From: Patescibacteria group bacterium
GTDB lineage: Bacteria; Patescibacteriota; Kazan-3B-28; UBA10110
Reading direction: 5' to 3'
Assembly (NCBI GenBank): GCA_043802665.1
Contig: JAZDKW010000015.1
Location: 1 to 45,287, forward strand
DNA: 45,287 nucleotides
Shown here: positions 7,800 to 17,131 of the stretch, one piece after another
Layout of the letters: each line of letters opens with the position of its first letter
Position numbering within the stretch: the stretch's first letter is position 1
Program-made: the position numbers and the translations under genes
Notes under the pieces: model-generated
What the model saw: only the letters and a program-made list of their open reading frames with translations
Told to the model about the DNA's origin: nothing
The model's database searches: none

Positions 7800-7980
7800 G
7801 CGCGTGATAGTTATAAGTTAATAATGCTCTTAAATTAATCTAAATAGTAGTTAATAGAACTGTGGATTCTGGTTATAAGCGTGATTTTTACTGTTTGGGG
7901 GAAGAGTTTAGATAGAAAACAATGTTGATTAATTGGGGATAGAGTGTTGATAAGTTTATGTGGCAAAGAGTTTACCCCAA
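7800..7980. other. Probable replication origin (oriC)
   Basis: dnaA-dnaN intergenic; several DnaA-box-like 9-mers (TTATCAACA, GAATCCACA, TTATAACCA, CTATCCCCA on minus strand); AT-rich 7808-7858 with trio-like CTATTAACTACTATT next to a box pair. Confidence 0.8.
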
Positions 7981-9378
7981 CTAATCCACGCTGTAAAGCT
8001 TTTCTTTAATGGCGTAAATTTCCATTTCTAAGTCGTTATTTTCCAGGAGTAGGTTTTTAATTTTATTGTAGTTATGAATAATAGTGGTGTGATCTTTGCC
8101 ACCAACCTCTCGAGCGATACTGGTGTAAGGCAGGTCTAACTCTTCTCGAAGAAGGAAAATTAAGATTTGTCGGGGCACCACAATCTCTTTATTGCGGCGT
8201 TTCCCCAGAAGGTCTTCTTTTTTCAAGCTATAATGTTTGCCAACCACTCGGGTCACATCGGCGGGCTTCAGTAATCGTTTACCAGGATTTATTAGTATAC
8301 CACCTAATAAACTCTCCGCCTCCTCTAAAGTAGGAGTGGTGTTGTTGAGTTGGCCAAAAGCCACTATACGCGTTAATGCTCCTTCTAATTCGCGGATATT
8401 GTTTTGGATTTTTTGAGCAATAGAAGCTAAAATCTCTTCTGAAAGAGGGAATTTAGAGTTGGCCATCTTAGATTGTAAAACAGCTAAGCGCATCTCGTAA
8501 TTAGGAGGTGAAATATCCGCGATCATCCCCCACTCAAACCGGGAACGAAGACGGGCCTCTAAGGCTGGGATGGCTTTAGGTGGGCGGTCAGAGGCCAAAA
8601 CTATCTGTTTGTTGCCTTCATATAAAGCATTAAAAGTGTGGAAAAATTCTTCTTGGGTGGCATCTTTACCCTCCAAGAACTGGATATCATCAATTAGTAG
8701 ACAATCTACGCGGCGATACTTTTCTTTAAACTCTCGGGTGGTTCTTTTGCAGATGGCGTCCACTAATTCATTAGTAAAGCGTTCGCTGGTGATATAAACC
8801 ACCCGTTTTTTAGGGTAATTAGTTAAAATGGCGTTTCCCACAGCCTGTAAAAGGTGGGTTTTACCCAATCCGACTCCCCCGTAGATGAATAAAGGGTTGT
8901 AGGTGATGCCAGGAGCTTTAGTTACCGCTTCCGCGGAAGCGTGAGCTAAACGGTTACTCTCGCCAACTACAAAAGACTCAAAGGTGTAGCGAGGGTTGAG
9001 CCGTTCGGCAGTTTCTCCGGCGACACGTGATTTTACTGCTGTGGCCAGAGCTGCCACTGATCGCTCTACCGCGCTGTTTTTTGCAGGGACGGAAAGAGGA
9101 GTAGAGAAAATTACCTCTTTTTGCGGCTTAACACCGACAACATATTCAATCTTTTGCAGATGGGGTATATTGCGGAGCAAACATTTCCTAATAATCTCCT
9201 TTTCGTATTTTTTCTCAAACCATTCTTTAACGAAAGTGTTGGGAACGCGAATAAAAGCGATAGTTTCGCTAGCGTTAATGATCTCGGTGTTTTTAAACCA
9301 AGTGCTAAAATTTGCCTTACTCAAGGTAATTTCAGCCTCCCCGAGCACACTTTGCCATAGTTGTTTATTATCCACCAT
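7981..9378 (-). CDS. dnaA: Chromosomal replication initiator DnaA
   Basis: YNPLFIYGGVGLGKTHL, LLIDDIQF, RLRSRFEWG, KDHTTIIH; ATG at 9378 (GGAG upstream) preferred over 9396. Confidence 0.97.
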   Translation of the reverse strand: MVDNKQLWQSVLGEAEITLSKANFSTWFKNTEIINASETIAFIRVPNTFVKEWFEKKYEKEIIRKCLLRNIPHLQKIEYVVGVKPQKEVIFSTPLSVPAKNSAVERSVAALATAVKSRVAGETAERLNPRYTFESFVVGESNRLAHASAEAVTKAPGITYNPLFIYGGVGLGKTHLLQAVGNAILTNYPKKRVVYITSERFTNELVDAICKRTTREFKEKYRRVDCLLIDDIQFLEGKDATQEEFFHTFNALYEGNKQIVLASDRPPKAIPALEARLRSRFEWGMIADISPPNYEMRLAVLQSKMANSKFPLSEEILASIAQKIQNNIRELEGALTRIVAFGQLNNTTPTLEEAESLLGGILINPGKRLLKPADVTRVVGKHYSLKKEDLLGKRRNKEIVVPRQILIFLLREELDLPYTSIAREVGGKDHTTIIHNYNKIKNLLLENNDLEMEIYAIKEKLYSVD

Positions 9379-9458
9379 TGCTTTTGCTCCACCCAAGGTA
9401 ATTTTACTAAAGTTATCCCCAAACTACAATCCGTAATAACACTCTATTATAAACTAAA

Positions 9459-9488
9459 TTGACGGGGAGTAACCCTTGCCGATATACT
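9459..9488 (+). promoter_or_regulatory. rpmH operon promoter
   Basis: TTGACG-N18-TATACT. Confidence 0.6.
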
Positions 9489-9525
9489 GGAGAAGTAACT
9501 AATTATTTCCACCTAATAACAACTT

Positions 9526-9660
9526 ATGAAGCGCACCTATCAGCCCCATAAAAAACGTCGCCAAAGGAAGTTGGGTTTTCGTGCCCGGATGGCTACTAAA
9601 GATGGGCGCAAGGTGGTATCTCGGCGGAGAGCCCAGGGGCGCAAACGTTTAACAGTGTAG
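9526..9660 (+). CDS. rpmH: 50S ribosomal protein L34 (absent from the ORF track)
   Basis: Hand translation [44 protein letters not shown]; divergent from dnaA. Confidence 0.97.
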   Translation: MKRTYQPHKKRRQRKLGFRARMATKDGRKVVSRRRAQGRKRLTV

Positions 9661-9662
9661 TT

Positions 9663-9956
9663 ATGCTCACGCGGCAACCTGGTCGAGTTATTCACCATCC
9701 AGCTTTTACCTTGCGCTACAGCGGTGCCCGTCCCCCCCGTCCGGTCAAGTTGCGTGTGGTGGTGAGCACTAAATTATCTAAAAAAGCTACCGAGAGAAAT
9801 CGTTTAAGGAGAAGGGTGCGAGAGATCTGGCGTGTTTTACCAGTCACCACCCTTCCACCAGTAGTTACTATTTATATGAAATCCTTATCGCTTAATATGT
9901 CGTTCGCAGAGTTGCGCATGGCGATTACTCGGATAATTCCTCGGTTGCAATCATAG
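9663..9956 (+). CDS. rnpA: Ribonuclease P protein component
   Basis: VVVSTKLSKKATERNRLRRRVRE (RNR motif); rpmH-rnpA-yidD-yidC order. Confidence 0.9.
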   Translation: MLTRQPGRVIHHPAFTLRYSGARPPRPVKLRVVVSTKLSKKATERNRLRRRVREIWRVLPVTTLPPVVTIYMKSLSLNMSFAELRMAITRIIPRLQS

Positions 9957-9962
9957 TTATTT

Positions 9963-10208
9963 ATGTATCATTGGCCTCGTCGAGCAATTTTATCCCTCAT
10001 CCAGATTTATCAGAGAACCTTATCTCCTGATCACAGCTGGGTAAAACACCTATTCCCTTATAGCGGGTGCCGGTTTTATCCATCTTGTTCCCAATACGCC
10101 CATGATAGTATTGAGCGCCACGGCGTAGTTAAAGGTTCGGCGGAAACTCTACAACGGTTAATCAAATGTCACCCTGGTCATCCTGGAGGAGTAGATTTAG
10201 TAAAATAA
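9963..10208 (+). CDS. yidD: Membrane protein insertion efficiency factor
   Basis: YQRTLSP, CRFYPSCSQYA, KCHP, GGVD. Confidence 0.95.
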   Translation: MYHWPRRAILSLIQIYQRTLSPDHSWVKHLFPYSGCRFYPSCSQYAHDSIERHGVVKGSAETLQRLIKCHPGHPGGVDLVK

Positions 10209-10215
10209 TAAAATT

Positions 10216-10974
10216 ATGAATCCTCTTGCCAACATAACCATCAACGAAAAAGCGCTGATCACCAAGATTCTATATCAGCCATTGTTTAATTTATTAATGC
10301 TTCTGTATGTTTATTTGCCAGGGCAAGATTTAGGTGTGGCTATTATTGCTCTCACGTTAATCATTCGAATAGTGCTTTACCCTTCTTATGTTAAGACTTT
10401 GCGCTCCCAGCAAGACATGAAGAAGATCCAACCAGAGATAGATGCCATCAAAAAACAATACCAGGGCGACCAAACCAAGCAGTCAGAAGAGACTATGCGG
10501 GTATATCGAGAAAACAAAATCAACCCCTTGGGCGGGTGTCTGCAACTAATCATTCAACTACCTTTCCTCTATGCACTTTACCGGGTGTTTATGTTTGGAT
10601 TAACAACAGATAGTCTGAAGCTACTATATACTTGGTTCCCTCATGCCCCTGTGGAGATCAACACAATGTTTTTGGGATTTATGCATATTAAAGCATGGGA
10701 GGTTAATTTAGCAACCCCTAATATTTATATGGCCGTGTTGGCAGGAATAGCCCAGTTGCTCCAAAGCTGGTTAGCGGCCAAGTTTAATCCCACTCCGTCT
10801 AATGGAGGTGTGGCCAAGCTAATTAATATGCAGATGCTTTATCTCTTCCCCATCATTACCTTGGTAGTGGTAATGAACTTGCCGGCGGGGGTAGGACTTT
10901 ACTGGATCGCCTCGGCGGTATTTATGTCTTTGCAACAACTTATGGTAACCAATCAATTTAAAGAGGTAAAATAA
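10216..10974 (+). CDS. yidC: Membrane protein insertase YidC (short form)
   Basis: GVAIIALTLIIR, KINPLGGCL..IQLP, GLYW; synteny. Confidence 0.93.
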   Translation: MNPLANITINEKALITKILYQPLFNLLMLLYVYLPGQDLGVAIIALTLIIRIVLYPSYVKTLRSQQDMKKIQPEIDAIKKQYQGDQTKQSEETMRVYRENKINPLGGCLQLIIQLPFLYALYRVFMFGLTTDSLKLLYTWFPHAPVEINTMFLGFMHIKAWEVNLATPNIYMAVLAGIAQLLQSWLAAKFNPTPSNGGVAKLINMQMLYLFPIITLVVVMNLPAGVGLYWIASAVFMSLQQLMVTNQFKEVK

Positions 10975-10984
10975 TAAACCGATT

Positions 10985-11449
10985 ATGAAAACCGAACCTA
11001 AAGAGTTCCTTCCCGAGTTTATTGAAGAGTTTTTTGCGGAGTGGCCGATTCGGCCAGAAACCGAGGTCTTGGTTGAAGAAAAAGCTATCATTGTTGTTAT
11101 CAGAACAGGCAAAGACTTTATCTTTACTCAACCTAATGCCCAGCCGCTCCTGGCGCTTCAACATCTGCTCAGGCTGATTTTCAAAAAACATTTTCCAGAT
11201 GATCCACACAGGTTGTTGATAGATATAAATGATTTCCGCGCTAAACAACAAGCTGCTATAGACGCCGCGGTTAAAGAAGCGATTTGGCAAGTGAAAGCCG
11301 GCGGCAACTCGGTGCATCTTTTGCCTATGTCATCTTTTGAGCGTCGATTAGTCCATACGCATATTGCGGAAGAAGCGGGCTTGACCTCAGAAAGTACAGG
11401 GATAGGCAGTGAACGCCATGTTGTCATTAAATTAACCGCCGAGGAATAA
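10985..11449 (+). CDS. jag: Jag/KhpB-like RNA-binding protein (KH-like + R3H)
   Basis: LLALQHL, PMSSFERRLVH (R3H), SESTG..ERHVVI; follows yidC. Confidence 0.85.
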   Translation: MKTEPKEFLPEFIEEFFAEWPIRPETEVLVEEKAIIVVIRTGKDFIFTQPNAQPLLALQHLLRLIFKKHFPDDPHRLLIDINDFRAKQQAAIDAAVKEAIWQVKAGGNSVHLLPMSSFERRLVHTHIAEEAGLTSESTGIGSERHVVIKLTAEE

Positions 11450-11452
11450 TTT

Positions 11453-12043
11453 ATGACCCAATGGTCACATTATTATGCTCGTAGTGTAGATGCTGATCTT
11501 TACATTCGCCAGCTATACGGTCAAAAAGAATTTTTGCAGGCGATTGTCAAAGAAGATCCCCGTAAAGTTGCAGAGATAGGGGCTGGCACGGGCATAATGA
11601 GCGTTTTTTTATCTCACCTGGGCATAGAGGTGACAACTTTAGATAATGATCCAGCGGTAATAGAGCAAGCAAAACTGACTCGTTCCCGTTTCGGGGGTAA
11701 TAATAAATTAGTGGAGGGCGACGCTTTTCAATTACCCTTCCCGGACAATAGTTTTGATGTGGTCTTTCACCAAGGACTATTGGAACACTTTTCTGACGAA
11801 CAAATTCAGGAATTAATCCGAGAACACCTGAGAGTGGCACCAGTGGTATGGGCGAGTGTGCCGAATAACCATTATCCCAATAGAGATTTAGGCAATGAAC
11901 GCTTATTGGGACCAGCGGCATGGGCAAAAATCCTACATCCTTTTACTGTGCTACAAAATCGGACTTATGCGCCTAAAATTTTCCCGAAATGGTATTTGCC
12001 TCGAGTGAATATCCAGTATATGGCCAAAATAATCCGAGGATGA
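11453..12043 (+). CDS. Class I SAM-dependent methyltransferase
   Basis: EIGAGTG motif I, GDAFQLPFPDNSFDVV, GLLEHF. Confidence 0.9.
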   Translation: MTQWSHYYARSVDADLYIRQLYGQKEFLQAIVKEDPRKVAEIGAGTGIMSVFLSHLGIEVTTLDNDPAVIEQAKLTRSRFGGNNKLVEGDAFQLPFPDNSFDVVFHQGLLEHFSDEQIQELIREHLRVAPVVWASVPNNHYPNRDLGNERLLGPAAWAKILHPFTVLQNRTYAPKIFPKWYLPRVNIQYMAKIIRG

Positions 12044-12044
12044 A

Positions 12045-12150
12045 CCCCGTTAGAAAGAAGTCAGTAAAACTGGACAATAAACTTAAATTCTGAGTAACTA
12101 AATTAATCTCACAGATTCATACCAATTTAGCACATAAATTTCTAACGGGG
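12045..12150. mobile_element. MITE-like element (106 bp), copy 1
   Basis: 12-bp TIR CCCCGTTAGAAA/TTTCTAACGGGG, flanked by TGAA at 12041-44 and 12151-54. Confidence 0.8.
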
Positions 12151-13574
12151 TGAACAATACCCAAAAAATTGCCTTGAACACCGGAGTCCAGTTGGTTGGC
12201 AAGGGTGTGACGGTAGCCACCTCTGTATTGATCATTGCTTATCTGACCCGTTACCTGGGGGTGGCTGGTTACGGTGACTATGCCACAATCTTTGCCTACT
12301 TAGGGGTATTCGGGGTAATGGTTGATTTGGGGTTGTTTGTTATCGCTGTTCGGGAGATCGCTAAAACTCCCCAACAAGAGAGAAGTATTTTAGGCAATAT
12401 ATTGGGTTTAAAGATCGCTTTGAGTGTTGCGGTTTTGGGCGGAGCATATCTTTTAACTTGGGCGCTCCCCTATACGGCAGTTGTCCGCCAAGGAATTTTG
12501 ATCGGAGCTATTTCACAATTATTCATATCACTCAACCAAGTGCCATTAGGCTCTTTCCAGGCTAATCTGACTATGTACAAAGCGGCTTTGTCGGATGTGG
12601 TGGGCAGATTGGCAATGTTGGGATTAGTCTGGTGGCTCATTTACACCCAGAGCGGTCTGTTGGGTATGATTTGGGCAGTGGCGGCGGCTAATGCCGTGGT
12701 GCTACTGCTGAATATCATTATGGTGGGGGCAAAGTACTGGTTGTTGCCTTTGTTTGAATGGCCGCGCTGGAAAAAGTTGTTCGTGGCGGCCTTACCAATG
12801 GGGGTTGTGATGGCCCTGGGAGTAATTTATTTTCGGATAGACATTTTATTATTAGCCGCTATCAAAGGGAGTTTCGCTGTTGGGATTTATAGCGCGCCAT
12901 ACAAGGCTTTAGAGGTGCTTTTGGCTGTTCCCAGTATATTTATGAGCTCTGTTTTACCAGTAATGACTATTGCGTTAGCCAAATCCACAATGGAAGCCGC
13001 CCGGATATTCCAAAAAGCTTTTAATTTTCTAAGTCTTGCAGCCCTGCCTTTAATCGCAGGGACTTTAGTGGCGGCCACACCGGTGATGTTGCTCATTGCT
13101 GGGCAAGATTTTATATTATCAGGGCCTATTTTACGCGTTCTCATTTTGGCTATTGGCGGATCGTTCTTAAATAGTGTGATGATCTATACTATCATGGCTG
13201 CTAATCAGCAGTCGCGATTGATTACACCATATGTGTTAGCAGTGGTTTTTAATGTGGCGGCCAACTTATTGTTGATTCCCCGATTTTCTTACTGGGGGGC
13301 GGCTGTTGTTACGGTGGCAACAGAATTCTGGGTGTTGGTGGCAAGTATGTATATAGTGTGGAAGTATTTGCACTTCTCGGTTGATTGGCGCGTATTCAGT
13401 AAAACTCTTTTTTGTAGTGCGGTGATGGGAGGGCTACTGTATTACCTCAGAGATTTAGCAGTTTGGTGGATTGCGCTAATCGGGGTCGGCGTTTATGGTG
13501 GGTTGGTTATGCTAACTCGGGCAGTGACCTGGGCAGAGATTTTAGAAATATTGCCCCGTTGGGCTAAAAATTAA
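12150..13574 (+). CDS. Wzx-type polysaccharide flippase
   Basis: Many TM segments; TRYLGVAGYGDY, DLGL...REIA, YFRIDILLL, VGIYSAPYK, LLIPRFSYWGAA; GTG start formed at the MITE end. Confidence 0.9.
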   Translation: MNNTQKIALNTGVQLVGKGVTVATSVLIIAYLTRYLGVAGYGDYATIFAYLGVFGVMVDLGLFVIAVREIAKTPQQERSILGNILGLKIALSVAVLGGAYLLTWALPYTAVVRQGILIGAISQLFISLNQVPLGSFQANLTMYKAALSDVVGRLAMLGLVWWLIYTQSGLLGMIWAVAAANAVVLLLNIIMVGAKYWLLPLFEWPRWKKLFVAALPMGVVMALGVIYFRIDILLLAAIKGSFAVGIYSAPYKALEVLLAVPSIFMSSVLPVMTIALAKSTMEAARIFQKAFNFLSLAALPLIAGTLVAATPVMLLIAGQDFILSGPILRVLILAIGGSFLNSVMIYTIMAANQQSRLITPYVLAVVFNVAANLLLIPRFSYWGAAVVTVATEFWVLVASMYIVWKYLHFSVDWRVFSKTLFCSAVMGGLLYYLRDLAVWWIALIGVGVYGGLVMLTRAVTWAEILEILPRWAKN

Positions 13575-13577
13575 GGG

Positions 13578-14651
13578 ATGATTATTGGGATTGATGCGAG
13601 AGCGGGGGCCAAGGCAGAACGAGCTGGCAAAGGCGAATATGTCTATCAGCTGGTTAGTCATTTAATTAAAGATTCTCGTCATCAATTTATCTTATTCTTA
13701 GACACCGATCTTCCTTTGGAGTGGCGGAAAGATAATGTGCGCGGGGTAACCTATCGCGTAAGTGCTTGGCTGTGGCAACTGCTGTTACTGGGATACTTAG
13801 AATTATTGCGGCCCGTGGACGTTTATCTATCTACTACCAGTTTAATTTTACCGGCATTAGTCCGGAGCGTGCCGGTAGTGACTGCCTTAATGGATTTTGT
13901 TAGCTTTGTTTTGCCGGATCGGCATGAGGCCAAAGCGGTCTGGCTGGAAAGGATGTGGATGCGGCCAGCCTTGAGATGTTCACGTAAATTAATCGCCATC
14001 TCCGAGTATACTAAACAAGACGCTGTGCGTTTGTTTGGAGTGTCCCCTGAAAAAATTACCGTCACGTATCTGGCGGCGAGTTTTAGTTTGGACCAACAGG
14101 ATTATCCTTTGCCATACCCTAAAATTATCCTGTGTGTTGGAACTTTGGAGCCGCGCAAGAATTTAGAACGGGTGGTAGCCGCTTTTAATTTAATTAAGCC
14201 GAGTTTACCTGATGCTCATTTAGTGTGGGTAGGCAGGTGGGGTTGGCAAAGCGAAGGTATCCGTCAGGCAGTTGCAAGTAGCCCGTTTTGTTCCGACATT
14301 CATATATTGGATAATATTAGTGCCTCAGAAAAAAAATCTATCTACCGACAAGCCGATGTGTTAGTGTTTCCGTCTTTGTATGAAGGTTTCGGCCTTCCAC
14401 CTTTGGAGGCGATGGAGCTGGGGGTGCCAGTGGTGGCTTCTCGAGTCTCAGCTATTCCGGAGGTGGTAGATGAGGCAGGGATATTGATTGATCCGCTCTC
14501 CCCCACAGCTATTGCCGAGGCCATTAAAAATGTTTTAACAGACAGCCAACTGGCTGAGCGATTGCGTCAGAAAGGGTTAGAGCGGGCTAAATTATTTACT
14601 TGGGATTCTACAGCTCAGAAAACATTAGATGTTTTACAAAATATTTTCTAA
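13578..14651 (+). CDS. Glycosyltransferase family 4
   Basis: [31 protein letters not shown]. Confidence 0.95.
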   Translation: MIIGIDARAGAKAERAGKGEYVYQLVSHLIKDSRHQFILFLDTDLPLEWRKDNVRGVTYRVSAWLWQLLLLGYLELLRPVDVYLSTTSLILPALVRSVPVVTALMDFVSFVLPDRHEAKAVWLERMWMRPALRCSRKLIAISEYTKQDAVRLFGVSPEKITVTYLAASFSLDQQDYPLPYPKIILCVGTLEPRKNLERVVAAFNLIKPSLPDAHLVWVGRWGWQSEGIRQAVASSPFCSDIHILDNISASEKKSIYRQADVLVFPSLYEGFGLPPLEAMELGVPVVASRVSAIPEVVDEAGILIDPLSPTAIAEAIKNVLTDSQLAERLRQKGLERAKLFTWDSTAQKTLDVLQNIF

Positions 14652-15858
14652 AAGATCTATTATCCACTGGAGTCTGCTCATTTTGGCAGTAGCCATAGTG
14701 GGTGATCGCTTATTGGTGATTAATCTTCCTGCGGTCGGCAGGGTGCCTTTGTTGGATGTGGTGGTAGTTGGTTTAGCGATTTGGGGAGGATTGAGTTACG
14801 TGCGGAAGATTAAATCTTCTGTGACTCCTCTGTTTGTGTGGTTTGGAGGATTGTTTATTATCTTGGCGGGAATTGCTTTGGCGGGAAGCGGCCGCTGGCT
14901 AACTTTGTCAGAGATTTTCCAGTCCAGTCTGTTTTGGTGGCGATGGATATTTTATTTTGGATTGATATTTTGGGTGGCAGAGCTTCCCGTAAAAATTAAA
15001 CAATGGTTAGCTCAATTACTGGGCATAATGTGGGGAACAGTTGCTTTATTGGGTTGGATACAATTAATTTTTGTACCTGACTTAGGTTTCTGGGAACGCT
15101 TAGGCTGGGATCCGCATCAACACCGATTAGTATCAACTTTTTTAGACCCCAATTTATTAGGAGGATTTTTGGTTTTAGGGTTGGCTTTTTGTTTGGCGCA
15201 ACTTACTTCTACTCATCTGCCTAAATCGAAACGCTGGTGGTGGGGAGGGTTAGCGGCATTGTTATTAATTTCTATAATATTTACTTATTCGCGGAGCGCC
15301 CTACTGGCATTGTTGGTTTTAGGTTTGTTCTGGGGGTGGCGCTACTGGAAGATAGCGCTTATAGGTTTGGCCGTTATGGGTTTGATTTATGGCCTGTCGC
15401 CAAGATGGCAAGAACGCATATCAGGAGCGATGAATTTAGACGAAACAGTTCGCTATCGTTTAGAATCATGGGATCAGGCAGTTGATATTATGCGTCAACA
15501 GCCCTGGTTGGGAGTAGGATACAATACTCTTAGGTTTACCCGCGAGGATTATGGTTATCAGCCTGTGAGCCATGCTACAACTGGTTTTGATAGCAGTCTG
15601 CTTACTATTGGGGTAACCGCTGGGAGTTTAGGGTTAGCGGCTTATTTAGGACTGTTGGTCAGTGCCTTAGCCTGGGCTAAACAGCAGATAACCAACACCA
15701 ACCGAGTTGTCGCTCGTGTGGCACAAGCTTTTTTGGCAGGGATGAGCGCTCTATTAGTCCACTCTCTTTTTGTAAATAGTTTACTTTATGCCCCCATTAT
15801 GGTTGTTGGATGGATTATATTAGGTTTAATATGGAATAATCGAACCGATGATGTTTAG
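14629..15858 (+). CDS. O-antigen ligase/Wzy_C family membrane protein
   Basis: RLVSTFLDPNLLG, TYSRSA, R..SW...PWLGVGYN; multiple TM segments. Confidence 0.85.
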   Translation: MFYKIFSKRSIIHWSLLILAVAIVGDRLLVINLPAVGRVPLLDVVVVGLAIWGGLSYVRKIKSSVTPLFVWFGGLFIILAGIALAGSGRWLTLSEIFQSSLFWWRWIFYFGLIFWVAELPVKIKQWLAQLLGIMWGTVALLGWIQLIFVPDLGFWERLGWDPHQHRLVSTFLDPNLLGGFLVLGLAFCLAQLTSTHLPKSKRWWWGGLAALLLISIIFTYSRSALLALLVLGLFWGWRYWKIALIGLAVMGLIYGLSPRWQERISGAMNLDETVRYRLESWDQAVDIMRQQPWLGVGYNTLRFTREDYGYQPVSHATTGFDSSLLTIGVTAGSLGLAAYLGLLVSALAWAKQQITNTNRVVARVAQAFLAGMSALLVHSLFVNSLLYAPIMVVGWIILGLIWNNRTDDV

Positions 15859-17131
15859 TTTAGCAACCGGTATTTGGGTGTTGTTAGTGGGATATTTAGC
15901 TTGGCGATATCCACACTGGATTATGGAACTATTGGCGATAGCCTTGCCAATGTATTTACTGCGTCTCAAATTGTTTGGCATTCCTACTACTTGGTTGGAA
16001 TTAGCTATCTATGCTGTCTTTGCGGTATGGGTGTTGCGGGGTTATCTCCGCCCTCAATGGTGGGAACCATTATTTTTATATTGGCAACCACTATTATTAA
16101 TTGGAATTGGGTTAGTTGTGGGCACAGTAGTATCGACCGAGCCCCTGGTGTCGTTGGGCATTATTAAAGGATGGTTTATTGACCCCTTGTTGCTATTTAT
16201 TCTGATTACTAATTCTACTCATAAACGTTTTTCTCCAACGACTGAATTTAATTATGTAGTATTTGGCTTATGGTTTTCAGGGGTAGTTTTGGCTGTAGTG
16301 GCACTGTACCAAACAATATCAGGGAATTTTATTACAGTTGATCAGCGGGCATCCGCTTGGTTTAGTTCAGCCAATTACTTGTCCCTTTATTTAGTGCCAA
16401 TTATGGTGTTGGTGATGGGCTGGTGGAAACATTTAGAGAGTTCTGTCCAACCAACCTGGTCTCGTTGGATAATTTGGGTGGGGTGGGGTCTTATGGCTGG
16501 AGCGCTCTACTTTACTTTCTCGTATGCGGGGTGGTTAGCGTTGTTGATTGGCTTAGCTGTCTGGGGGTACTGGAGTTTTCCTAAAGTTAAGTGGTGGTTA
16601 ATCTGGGCTGGAGGTGTGGTACTGGTGATTCTCTCGCAATGGCAGAGCTTCAAATTCCGCCAAACGTTTGATTTAATTGGTCGATCATCATCCCATGTGA
16701 GAATACAAGTTTGGCAAACTGCATTACTGATGATTAAAGAGCATTGGTTGACTGGAATCGGGTTGGGATTATTTGAACAGCGTTATTTAGAATTTGCTTC
16801 ACGCTTATTCCATCCCCCCTTGGAATTGATCATGTTGCACGCCCATAATATTTTTCTGCAATTTTGGGTTAACACCGGCATTATTGGTTTTATTGGTTTT
16901 GTCTGGTTGTTGGCAAAATGGGCCCGGCAAATGTGGCCGTTTGTAGTCCACTATAAGAGATATGAGATAATCACACTAACGGCCGCTATGGTAGCTTTAC
17001 TGGTCCATGGCCTATTTGATGTGGCATACTGGAAAAACGACCTATCTGCGTTGTTTTGGATCATCGTAGCTTTGGGGGCAATCTTAACTCAATCAACACA
17101 TGGAAGAGAAAATCTATCGCATCGGAATTGA
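15848..17131 (+). CDS. O-antigen ligase/Wzy_C family membrane protein
   Basis: RASAWFSSANYL, RIQVW, GIGLGLF, HAHNIFLQ, LVHGLFD. Confidence 0.88.
   Translation: MMFSLATGIWVLLVGYLAWRYPHWIMELLAIALPMYLLRLKLFGIPTTWLELAIYAVFAVWVLRGYLRPQWWEPLFLYWQPLLLIGIGLVVGTVVSTEPLVSLGIIKGWFIDPLLLFILITNSTHKRFSPTTEFNYVVFGLWFSGVVLAVVALYQTISGNFITVDQRASAWFSSANYLSLYLVPIMVLVMGWWKHLESSVQPTWSRWIIWVGWGLMAGALYFTFSYAGWLALLIGLAVWGYWSFPKVKWWLIWAGGVVLVILSQWQSFKFRQTFDLIGRSSSHVRIQVWQTALLMIKEHWLTGIGLGLFEQRYLEFASRLFHPPLELIMLHAHNIFLQFWVNTGIIGFIGFVWLLAKWARQMWPFVVHYKRYEIITLTAAMVALLVHGLFDVAYWKNDLSALFWIIVALGAILTQSTHGRENLSHRN

Noticed and set aside
8994-9006. GGTTGAGCCGTTC half-site of the AACGGCTCAAC repeat inside dnaA
   Set aside because: Single arm encoding ERLN just before the conserved PRYTF; no partner arm, likely chance.
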